Made by a program: the position numbers and the translations under genes. Positions 55,790 through 64,000 of a stretch of DNA of 64,000 bases are shown here, in pieces. The notes under the pieces were generated by a model, which ran no database searches, was not told the origin of the DNA, and worked only from the letters and a program-made list of their open reading frames with translations. The stretch lies in the IMG/VR virus record IMGVR_UViG_3300033049_000066, positions 186,001 to 250,000 of that record. The stretch is one strand, 5' to 3'. Position 1 is the stretch's first letter, and every line of letters starts with the position of its first letter.

Positions 55790-57739
55790 ATGGCAGACGA
55801 AACGCAAGAAGAAATTGAACAACGAGAAAAGATGGTTGAGGTTTTGCTTGAGCAGATTCGCGCTGGTGAAAAAAGCATTGACGCAACATTAAAACGGTAC
55901 TTAGCGGAAACCAAAACCGGTAAGGCCATTAGCGAAACTCACACTGCAACTACGAAACTTACTAAAGGATTCACGAGCTCAGCACAAGCACTTGCAGGCA
56001 GTACCGGCAATCTCAACGATCTCTCGTCAGTCGTCAGCGGGACCATTGGAGCGATTACAGGATTGCTAGGATCCATTCCGCTAGTCGGGCCGGTCATTGA
56101 GAAATTTGGTGATGTTGCTGCCGAGACAATGACATTTGCGATGGGGCAAATTCAAGCAGGATTTTCATCGTTTCAAGAACTGTCAAAAGTAGGATTAATC
56201 GGCGCAAATGGCATCGACGGAATGTCACAGGCAATGCGAGACAGCAACATACCACTCGCGACCTTTTCAAAATTGCTAACCACTAGCTCACAGGACTTAG
56301 GGTTCTTGTCATCATCCGCACTAGCCGGCAGCAAGAAATTTAGCAAATCGTTAGCGATTATGTCCGACGATGCTGGCAAACCACTACGTAGATTAGGGTT
56401 AAGCGTTGAAGAGATAGGCGAAACAATCATTGACTTCCAGGTGATGCAACGACGTCAAGGAATCCTCGGGCAGTTGAGCCAAGACCAGATAAAGAAAGGT
56501 ACTGAAGAATACGCAAAAGAATTAGACTTAATCGCAAAATTAACTGGTAAGTCCAGAGCAGATGTACAGAAAGAACGCGAAGCAGCAATGAGTGATTCAC
56601 GCTTTCGTGCTTCAACAGCTGAGATGGATAATAAAACACGCCAGAAGCACATGGACGTATTAGCACTGATGACCGACCCAGCGCAGAAACGTGCGTACAT
56701 GGATAACGTCTCGGGCTTTACTAACACCGCAGCGGCCATACAGCAAGAAATCAATGGCATGGGCTCAACAATTCGGAAAGTAATTGATGATATCAACGGA
56801 GGGGGTAGCGCAAAAGATGCCTTCAATGCTATAATTTTACAGTCACGAGAAGTAACTAAAGTCGGCGGAATGCTCCACCAGATGGCAAAAGTCATGGAAT
56901 CTGATGGAAACCCGTTTGGTAGCTATGCTGATGCTGCCGACATGGGAGCAAGGGAATTAGTCACCACAGCTGATATTCTTAAGGCTCGCAATAAACTAAT
57001 GGATACCGAGGGAACAAAAACTGATAAGATAGTTACGTCAATGATGGAATTACAAGAATCCACCGCCGCATTAAATAATTTGTTCATCGGAACTGACGGA
57101 GCCATTGAGGTAATATCAATGTTTAGCAGCGTAATGCACAAGACAATCAAGTTCATTGAAGGCGAACTATTAGACAAGAGGAGTTTTACTGAAAAAACTG
57201 GCGAATGGTTCTCCGATTTCACTAGTGGGACCACAGTCGATAGCGTAATTAGTACAATGTCAAACCAGATAAATTCTGCCCTCGGCACTAATGATAGTCT
57301 AGGCAAGTATGTCGGCGGTAAAGTGCACGATGCGTTTGGTGACAAACCAAAATTTGCGAATGCGCCAGCCCGGGATTTCGAGTACGTTAACGGAGTTCCT
57401 GAATTCGCATCCCGCAGCCAAGGTGCCACCCCGTCTCCAATAACGCCGCAGGTAGCCCAAGTTGCCGCAGCAAGATCAACCCCACAAGTTGATCCAATTG
57501 CCCTTCAACGCAGAATCCTAGCAAAAGAAAAAGAACTCGACGCTGGACTGAGTAAATTTAGAATTAAAGCTGAATCCGATCTTTCAAAATCATTAAATGC
57601 GGATGAAAGAGCAGGCGGCCGAGAAATGATGTCAGAGCTAATGCAAATTCGTAACGAATTGAAGAAATTAAATAACACCGCAACGAAGCAAAATCAAGGC
57701 ATTGCAAATGTTGATAATTCGATTAAACGGGCCAGTTAA
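55790..57739 (+). CDS. tape-measure-like protein
   Basis: 649 aa, helical, Ala/Gly/Ser-rich; next to the hub chaperone genes and the portal. Confidence 0.6.
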   Translation: MADETQEEIEQREKMVEVLLEQIRAGEKSIDATLKRYLAETKTGKAISETHTATTKLTKGFTSSAQALAGSTGNLNDLSSVVSGTIGAITGLLGSIPLVGPVIEKFGDVAAETMTFAMGQIQAGFSSFQELSKVGLIGANGIDGMSQAMRDSNIPLATFSKLLTTSSQDLGFLSSSALAGSKKFSKSLAIMSDDAGKPLRRLGLSVEEIGETIIDFQVMQRRQGILGQLSQDQIKKGTEEYAKELDLIAKLTGKSRADVQKEREAAMSDSRFRASTAEMDNKTRQKHMDVLALMTDPAQKRAYMDNVSGFTNTAAAIQQEINGMGSTIRKVIDDINGGGSAKDAFNAIILQSREVTKVGGMLHQMAKVMESDGNPFGSYADAADMGARELVTTADILKARNKLMDTEGTKTDKIVTSMMELQESTAALNNLFIGTDGAIEVISMFSSVMHKTIKFIEGELLDKRSFTEKTGEWFSDFTSGTTVDSVISTMSNQINSALGTNDSLGKYVGGKVHDAFGDKPKFANAPARDFEYVNGVPEFASRSQGATPSPITPQVAQVAAARSTPQVDPIALQRRILAKEKELDAGLSKFRIKAESDLSKSLNADERAGGREMMSELMQIRNELKKLNNTATKQNQGIANVDNSIKRAS

Positions 57740-57762
57740 AAATACCAAAGATTGCATAACCC

Positions 57763-57770
57763 TATAAATA
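57763..57770 (+). promoter_or_regulatory. late promoter TATAAATA
   Basis: Exact T4 consensus upstream of the portal gene. Confidence 0.75.
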
Positions 57771-57788
57771 GTGTAAAGAGAATTAATT

Positions 57789-59513
57789 ATGGCAGATAAA
57801 AAGAATGCTGGTGGATGGAAGAAGTATTTTAAAGTAGCAGACACCTCAGGAACAATGAGTCCGATTAGTGGGCTTGGGAATATCAATGGGCAAGTTGGGT
57901 TTAAAAACTATCAGAGTAACTTACCAGAGGTGTACACCGGTCACCCTAATAGAATCGAACGTTACAATCAGTACGAAGCAATGGATATGGATAGCGAAGT
58001 TAACGCTTGCTTAGATATCATATCTGAATTTTCAACTCAAACAAACGAGCAGAACAATACCGCATTTGACTTCTTCTTTAATGAAACACCGACCGACAAC
58101 GAAATTAACATTATTACTCAGCAACTTAATCAATGGGTGAAACTGAACGAATTTGATAAACGCATTTTTAAAATATTTCGCAATACAATTAAGTACGGCG
58201 ATCAAGTTTTTATACGTGATCCAGAAACATTTAAATTATTTTGGGTTGAGACAAACAAAATTTCAAGAGTAATTGTAAACGAAAGTGATGGTAAAAAGCC
58301 CGAGCAATACATTGTTCAAGACATAAATCCAAATTTCGAAAACTTAACAGTCGCAGCAAAAACAACAACTGATTTTCAATCAGGTATGCCAAACCAAGGT
58401 TACACCGCGCCACAATCGTACACAATACCTGATCAACAAGGTGCGAGTACAGGTGGTCGTTTTTCAATGTCGCAGACAGAATCCGCTGTTGACGCAGAGC
58501 ATATTGTACACATCAGCCTTACAGAAGGGCTAGACTACAACTGGCCTTTTGGACAATCAATACTTGAGCAAATATACAAAGTTTACAAACAAAAAGAATT
58601 ACTTGAAGACGCTATTTTAATATATCGCATACAACGAGCACCGGAGCGCCGCATTTTTTATGTTGACACAGGCGATATGCCAGCACATTTAGCAATGGGA
58701 TTTGTTGAACGTATTAAGAACGAAATACACCAACGCAGAATACCAACACAGAGCGGTGGAGCAAACCAACTGGATGCGAGTTACAATCCAATTTCAATGA
58801 ATGAAGATTACTTTTTCCCGCAAACCGCTGATGGACGTGGCTCGAGAGTAGAGACATTACCCGGTGGACAGAATCTGTCTGAGATCGACGACCTACGTTA
58901 CTTCAACAACAAAATGGCACGTGGACTTCGAGTACCGTCAAGCTACCTACCAACTGGCCCAGATGACAGCCAAGGGACACTAAACGATGGACGCATGGGA
59001 ACGGCACTGATCCAAGAATTCCGCTTCAATCAGTACTGCGAGAGAATACAAAATACTATCATCACGAAGCTAAACACAGAATTCAAGATGTTTTTACACT
59101 GGAGAGGCTTCAACATTGATTCCAAAATCTTCGACTTAAAATTTAACAACCCGCAAAACTTTGCTAGCTACAGACAAACAGAGCTCGACGCCACGCGCCT
59201 TGGCAACTTCGGTGGTGTTACAGATATTCCTTACATGTCTAAGCGATTCGCCCTGAAACGCTACTTAGGGCTATCAGAAGCAGAGATGGTCGAGAACGAA
59301 AAAATGTGGCGCGAAGAAAATAACGTTCCAGATGAATCAGTTACTGGCGGCGCCGGTGATGACTTACGTGGTGTTGGTGTCACTCCTGGGGGAATGGACG
59401 CAGACTTGGGAGACCTAGATGATTTTGAAGGCGCCGACGAGCTTGACCTTGATCTCGACGGTGGCCCAGATGAAGCAGGTGCCGGAGCCGAGATAGATGT
59501 CGAAACGCCATAA
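57789..59513 (+). CDS. gp20: portal protein
   Basis: EDAILIYRIQRAPERRIFYVDTG, EDYFFP...GRG..VETLPGGQNL, LRVPSS. Confidence 0.96.
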   Translation: MADKKNAGGWKKYFKVADTSGTMSPISGLGNINGQVGFKNYQSNLPEVYTGHPNRIERYNQYEAMDMDSEVNACLDIISEFSTQTNEQNNTAFDFFFNETPTDNEINIITQQLNQWVKLNEFDKRIFKIFRNTIKYGDQVFIRDPETFKLFWVETNKISRVIVNESDGKKPEQYIVQDINPNFENLTVAAKTTTDFQSGMPNQGYTAPQSYTIPDQQGASTGGRFSMSQTESAVDAEHIVHISLTEGLDYNWPFGQSILEQIYKVYKQKELLEDAILIYRIQRAPERRIFYVDTGDMPAHLAMGFVERIKNEIHQRRIPTQSGGANQLDASYNPISMNEDYFFPQTADGRGSRVETLPGGQNLSEIDDLRYFNNKMARGLRVPSSYLPTGPDDSQGTLNDGRMGTALIQEFRFNQYCERIQNTIITKLNTEFKMFLHWRGFNIDSKIFDLKFNNPQNFASYRQTELDATRLGNFGGVTDIPYMSKRFALKRYLGLSEAEMVENEKMWREENNVPDESVTGGAGDDLRGVGVTPGGMDADLGDLDDFEGADELDLDLDGGPDEAGAGAEIDVETP

Positions 59514-59522
59514 ATAAATACT

Positions 59523-59762
59523 ATGAACATACAAGACGTTGTACTACTATTAGAACTTGATGCGCCAATCCCAGGCATGCAAGATGTTGGCGATGATCTC
59601 TCAACAAAATACGCAATGCGACAAACACGATTGACACTAAAACAGCTCAACAAGCTGCGGAAAATGAATGACATCCGTGAGTACGAAAAAGCCGCCAAAT
59701 TGAAGAACGTCCGAGCACAGTACGGAAACGCAGATGACGGTGACGGAATGGATTCTTTTTAA
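59523..59762 (+). CDS. small head-module protein
   Basis: LTLKQLNKLRKM..R.YE..QYG; CATAAATA at 59509-59516. Confidence 0.7.
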   Translation: MNIQDVVLLLELDAPIPGMQDVGDDLSTKYAMRQTRLTLKQLNKLRKMNDIREYEKAAKLKNVRAQYGNADDGDGMDSF

Positions 59763-59763
59763 A

Positions 59764-60102
59764 ATGAAATCGACTGAATTTATAACCGAATGGAAAAAGT
59801 ACGATAAAGTTGACCCACTTTTGTCACAAGCTAGAAAAATAGCAACAGGCGAAATTAATAAACTTAGTAAAGAATTTCGCCTTCGGCGCAGGTGGTCTGA
59901 ATGGACTGATGACAAGGTAGCTATCCAGTTTTGGCAACGTGACAATAATTATGACCCCAAGACTGTTACACTAACTCTAGAATACCAAAAATTATTAAGA
60001 AAGCTGTGTCGCCAGTTAATAAAGTCTCCGAATATTGCAAGCGCAAAGGTAACGCCAAACGCATTACACCGTCCCGACATTATAGTTACAGTTTCTTACT
60101 AG
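59764..60102 (+). CDS. hypothetical head-module protein with MKSTEFITE N-terminus
   Basis: Start taken at ATG 59764. Confidence 0.6.
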   Translation: MKSTEFITEWKKYDKVDPLLSQARKIATGEINKLSKEFRLRRRWSEWTDDKVAIQFWQRDNNYDPKTVTLTLEYQKLLRKLCRQLIKSPNIASAKVTPNALHRPDIIVTVSY

Positions 60103-60125
60103 CACCTAGCACTAACATTTAAAAC

Positions 60126-60180
60126 AAAAGGTAATTTCGGTAAAGAATTACCTTTTTCTACCTTTTTCTACCTTTTTTAC
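60126..60180 (+). terminator. 11-bp hairpin followed by TACCTTTTT repeats
   Basis: AAAAGGTAATT(60126-60136) / AATTACCTTTT(60146-60156), then two further TACCTTTTT copies. Confidence 0.55.
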
Positions 60181-60260
60181 CTATTAAACACCTACTTTTC
60201 TCTTTTCTCTATTAAATACACGCATAAAGAATATATATATACCCTTTAGGAGATTCTAAA

Positions 60261-61022
60261 ATGGATAAATTTGAACAACTTATAAAATACTCAAACAATG
60301 GTGAAGATGCGTTACTTAACGAACTTTTTCACGAAATTGTAGTTGAGAAATCTCGTGAAATATACGAGTCATTAATGGATAGCGAAAATGAAATGGGCGG
60401 CGATTCAGCTGACGAACTTCTTAACGATATCACATCTGATGAAAACGGTATGCGCGAAGACGACGATCTAAACATGGAACCAGAACTAGGTGCTGATGAC
60501 GAACTAAACATGGAACCCGAAGTAGATGCTGATGAATTTGGTGGAGAAGAAGGCGAAGCTGATCTTGAAGATCGAGTCGTTGACTTAGAAGACCAACTAG
60601 ATGCATTAATGGCTGAATTTGATTCTGTTATTGGTGGAGAAGAAGCTGAACTTGGTTCTGATGAACTTGGTGCAGAAGCAGGCGAAGAATTTGGTGCAGA
60701 AGCAGGCGAAAAATTTGGTGCTGAAGAAGAAAATATGGAAGGCCGTTTTAACGAAGCAGTGTCACTGACTAAAGTTACAACAGGAATTGCTAATTCAACT
60801 GAACCAGAAGGCACAAATAAGCGTTCTATCAATGCTGACAACAGCGGTAAGAAAGGTGCAGTTGCAAAACCACACCAGACTAACGGCGAAGAAGGCAATG
60901 TAGCAAACCCAACAGTTAAACCAGGCGACGGTACAACAGCGCCAAACGAAAGCAAAGTTAAAGAACCTAAGAAGAAGGGTGAAGACGGCGCAATCAACAA
61001 GAAAAGTTTAAGCGGTTCATAA
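60261..61022 (+). CDS. acidic prohead core protein
   Basis: Very acidic, internal repeats GAEAGE(E/K)F; lies between portal and protease; AGGAG SD. Confidence 0.7.
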   Translation: MDKFEQLIKYSNNGEDALLNELFHEIVVEKSREIYESLMDSENEMGGDSADELLNDITSDENGMREDDDLNMEPELGADDELNMEPEVDADEFGGEEGEADLEDRVVDLEDQLDALMAEFDSVIGGEEAELGSDELGAEAGEEFGAEAGEKFGAEEENMEGRFNEAVSLTKVTTGIANSTEPEGTNKRSINADNSGKKGAVAKPHQTNGEEGNVANPTVKPGDGTTAPNESKVKEPKKKGEDGAINKKSLSGS

Positions 61023-61031
61023 GGGCTTACG

Positions 61032-61664
61032 ATGAGTATCTTACAAGAATATTTAAATTATGACGCAGCTAATGTTGAGCTTCTCACTGAAGCCAACAGC
61101 AGCGGCGGCAAAGATTTATACATGAAGGGCATCTGCATTCAAGGCGATCAAAAAAACGCCAACCAACGCATTTACCCTGCAAGAGAAATCACAACAGCCG
61201 TTAAAACACTTAACGAACAAATCAACGGTGGCTATTCTGTCTTAGGCGAAATAGACCATCCGGAAGATTTAAAGATCAATTTAGACCGCGTGTCGCACAT
61301 GATTACAGAAATGTGGATGGAAGGCGCTAACGGTTACGGTAAGTTAAAGATACTTCCAACTCCGATGGGCAAAGTTATTGAAACAATGCTACAGTCAAAA
61401 GTTAAATTAGGCGTTTCGTCTAGGGGAAGTGGTAATGTTAACGAAGCCACAGGACACGTCAGTGAATTTGAAATAATCACTGTAGATATCGTAGCACAGC
61501 CATCTGCTCCGGAAGCGTATCCGACAGCTATATATGAAGGCATCATGAATATGAAAGGTGGCTTGAAGTTGTTAGGTATTGCAGAAGACGCTTGCGAGAA
61601 CAAACGTGTACAAAGATATTTGAAAGAAGGCGTAATTGCGTTAATTAAAGATTTAAAGATTTAA
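61032..61664 (+). CDS. gp21: prohead protease
   Basis: N.N.RIYP, LGEIDHP, RVSH, GVSSRGSG, DIVAQPSAP.AY. Confidence 0.96.
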   Translation: MSILQEYLNYDAANVELLTEANSSGGKDLYMKGICIQGDQKNANQRIYPAREITTAVKTLNEQINGGYSVLGEIDHPEDLKINLDRVSHMITEMWMEGANGYGKLKILPTPMGKVIETMLQSKVKLGVSSRGSGNVNEATGHVSEFEIITVDIVAQPSAPEAYPTAIYEGIMNMKGGLKLLGIAEDACENKRVQRYLKEGVIALIKDLKI

Positions 61665-62260
61665 TGACAGAAGCGTTTGTATATAAGTGGACACAAATAT
61701 CAACTAAGAAATGGTACATTGGGTCCAGAACAGCAAAAGGTTGTTCTATGCAAGATGGGTATATTTGCTCTAGTAGAATTGTTAAACCTTTAATTTTAGA
61801 AAATGCAGTTGAATGGAATAGAGAAATACTAGCAGTTGGCACACCAGATAATATGCGCCAGCTCGAAAGTAAAATGCTACAGCAGCTTGATGCAAAAAAT
61901 GATCCGATGAGTTTTAACGAATCAAACGCAGATGGCAAATTTAGTACCGCGGGGATTGAACCGTGGAACAAAGATAAGAAAACGGGGCACACGCCGTGGA
62001 ATAAAGGACTTGCTAAAGAGCTTCAGCCAGGATACGGATTGAAGCATACTAAAGAAAATAAAGAATTATTTAGTAAAAATCAGCAAGGAGCGAGTAATTC
62101 TATGTATGGTGCTACGCCGTGGAATAAAGGTAATACAGGTAAGAAGTGGTTTAACAACGGCTCAATTGAAAAAACTTTTATACCAGGTAACGAATTGGAA
62201 AGTTTTGTTGTAGGAAGATTGACAAAACCCAATATGAGATCGAAAGATCTTAAAATTTAG
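61664..62260 (+). mobile_element. free-standing GIY-YIG homing endonuclease with NUMOD3-like repeats
   Basis: FVYKW....KWYIGSR, GYICSS, FNES, repeated PWNK(G/D). Confidence 0.8.
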
Positions 62261-62271
62261 GAGACCACAAA

Positions 62272-63369
62272 ATGTTAGATGCAATCAAACAATTGCTTGA
62301 CAGTAACGTGATTAACGAAGATACCAGCTCAGAGATAATGGAAGCCTGGGATTCAAAGTTAACTGAGGCTCGCGACGAATTACGTATTGAGTTACGTGAA
62401 GAATTTGCGCAGCGTTACAATCACGACAAGACAGTGATGGTGAAAGCTCTTGATAAAATGATGACTGAAGGTTTAACAGCTGAAATTGCTGAATTTGTCG
62501 AGGAGAAATCTGCACTTGCAGAAGATCGCGTTAAGTTCAACAAGAAAATGGCTGAAAACGGTGCTAAGTTCAATAACTTCATGACAGCTAAATTAGCTGA
62601 AGAAATTAAAGAACTCCGTAAAGATCGTCAGATACAAACAGAAGGCCTAAAGAAAGTTGAAAATTTCGTTGCTGAGAAATTAGCAAAGGAAATTAACGAG
62701 TTTGCAACAGACAAACGTGACTTAGTGGAAACTAAAGTACGTCTTGTTGCTGAAGCTCGCACTCAACTAAACGCACTTAAGAAACGTTTCGTTACTGAAA
62801 GTGCTGCTAAGGTTAAGCAACATGTTTCATCAAGACTATCATCAGAGTTAACAGCATTACAAGAAGACATCAAAGCCGCTCGCGAGAATAGCTTTGGACG
62901 ACGCATTTTTGAAGCTTATTCAACTGAGTTCACATCAACTCATCTGAACGAGAACGCAGAAATACGTAAATTGAAAGATGCTTTAGAAGCTAAAGGAACA
63001 GAGTTAACAGAATCTGTAACTAGAGCTTCTAAGTTAAAAGCTCTCACTGAGAGTAAAACGAGAGAAATTCGTATGATTAAAGAAGGCAATCAGCGTGATG
63101 AGATGTTAACAGATTTGTTAGCACCACTGAACAAAGATAAGCGCGAAGTCATGCAAAATCTATTGGAAAGCGTTCAGACAGGTCGTTTGACGAATGCTTT
63201 TGAAAAATATCTACCAGCGGTACTTGCTAATAAAGCTAAAGACACTGCTCCTTCTAAGAAGCGAGTAGTTACCGAAAGCCGTAAAGCTGTAACTGGGGAT
63301 AAACGAGCTGCTAAAGTTGTAGTTGATAATAATATTATTGACATCAAGAAATTAGCTGGCTTAAAATAA
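62272..63369 (+). CDS. gp22: prohead scaffold protein
   Basis: Long Glu/Lys coiled coil between protease and capsid; AGGAG SD. Confidence 0.85.
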   Translation: MLDAIKQLLDSNVINEDTSSEIMEAWDSKLTEARDELRIELREEFAQRYNHDKTVMVKALDKMMTEGLTAEIAEFVEEKSALAEDRVKFNKKMAENGAKFNNFMTAKLAEEIKELRKDRQIQTEGLKKVENFVAEKLAKEINEFATDKRDLVETKVRLVAEARTQLNALKKRFVTESAAKVKQHVSSRLSSELTALQEDIKAARENSFGRRIFEAYSTEFTSTHLNENAEIRKLKDALEAKGTELTESVTRASKLKALTESKTREIRMIKEGNQRDEMLTDLLAPLNKDKREVMQNLLESVQTGRLTNAFEKYLPAVLANKAKDTAPSKKRVVTESRKAVTGDKRAAKVVVDNNIIDIKKLAGLK

Positions 63370-63390
63370 GTGTAAATAGGAGATATAAAA

Positions 63391-64000
63391 ATGTCACAAG
63401 CACTATTAGAAAACCGTTGGGGTGAGACCAAAGAAGCATTGCTTGAAGGTCTTGACGGAACGAAACGTTCATCAATGAGCGTTATCTTAGAAAATACCCG
63501 TAACCACTTAGCAGAATCTGCTTCAAGTGGCGCTACTGCCGCTGGTAACGTTGCAACATTAAACCGTGTTATTTTACCAGTTATTCGACGTGTTATGCCT
63601 ACCGTTATTGCTAACGAATTAGTAGGTGTTCAACCAATGAGTGGACCTGTTTCACAGATTCACACACTTCGCGTTCGTTACGGTGAAACATTAACTGACG
63701 GTTCTGCCGCAGCTACTAACGTTGCACCAGGTGATGAAGCTTTATCACCATTCAAAATTGCTCAGGCTTACTCAGCTGGTAATGGCGCAGCATCACAAGC
63801 TAACTATACAGCAGCAGCAACAGCTGGAATGGAAGGCACAGGTGGACGTTCAATAAGCGTACAGATCCTGAAGCAGGCAGTTGAAGCTAAAACTCGTAAG
63901 TTACAAGCACGTTGGACTTTCGAATCAGCACAAGACGCACAGTCTATGCATGGCATCGACGTAGAAGCAGAAATCATGGCAGCATTAGCGCAAGAAATTA
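63391..64000 (+). CDS. gp23: major capsid protein (5' part, runs off the window; not in ORF track)
   Basis: MSQALLENRW..., ILPVIRRVMPTVIANELVGVQPM.GP...TLR, EAKTRKLQARWT.E.AQD..S.HG.D.EAE. Confidence 0.97.
   Translation, partial: MSQALLENRWGETKEALLEGLDGTKRSSMSVILENTRNHLAESASSGATAAGNVATLNRVILPVIRRVMPTVIANELVGVQPMSGPVSQIHTLRVRYGETLTDGSAAATNVAPGDEALSPFKIAQAYSAGNGAASQANYTAAATAGMEGTGGRSISVQILKQAVEAKTRKLQARWTFESAQDAQSMHGIDVEAEIMAALAQEI

Noticed and set aside
60329-61000. 223-aa Ser/Pro-rich antisense ORF (likewise 40550-41110, 56455-57429, 25869-26324 and others)
   Set aside because: Codon-bias shadows of genuine genes on the opposite strand; no motifs or RBS
1-64000. Stop-codon reassignment as in some jumbo phages
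   Set aside because: Very long ORFs are intact in the standard code, and TAG, TGA and TAA all end genes at sensible positions

Overview
This window is a 64-kb piece of a large (jumbo-type) myovirus genome with T4-superfamily structural and replication genes, read in the standard genetic code. 1-18.9 kb (+ strand) holds early/accessory genes driven by a repeated sigma70-type promoter (AGAGGTTGAC-like -35 extension, 17-nt spacer, TATAAT). These include an RNA-repair cluster (Rnl1, metallophosphoesterase, Pnkp, Rnl2) with an IscU scaffold inside it, a thermonuclease, a MoxR AAA+ / HExxH-vWA pair, a tandem array of five small paralogues, DHFR and ThyA. 19-46.2 kb (- strand) is the tail fibre and baseplate operon, including a 4405-aa protein. 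46.3-53.2 kb (+) encodes a gp55-like late sigma factor with a class-1 intein, gp47, a sulfotransferase, and gp46 with an Ala-start class-3 (WCT) intein. 53.2-55.7 kb holds an endonuclease VII lacking its Zn cysteines, an 840-nt helix-rich region (candidate large structured ncRNA), and a gp26/gp51-like pair apparently joined by a U_UUU_UUC -1 frameshift. 55.8-64 kb (+) encodes a tape-measure-like protein, portal, prohead core, protease, a free-standing GIY-YIG endonuclease, scaffold and the start of the major capsid gene. Late genes carry TAAATA promoters. I saw no tRNA, rRNA or CRISPR array. All family calls rest on motif recognition, not database searches.
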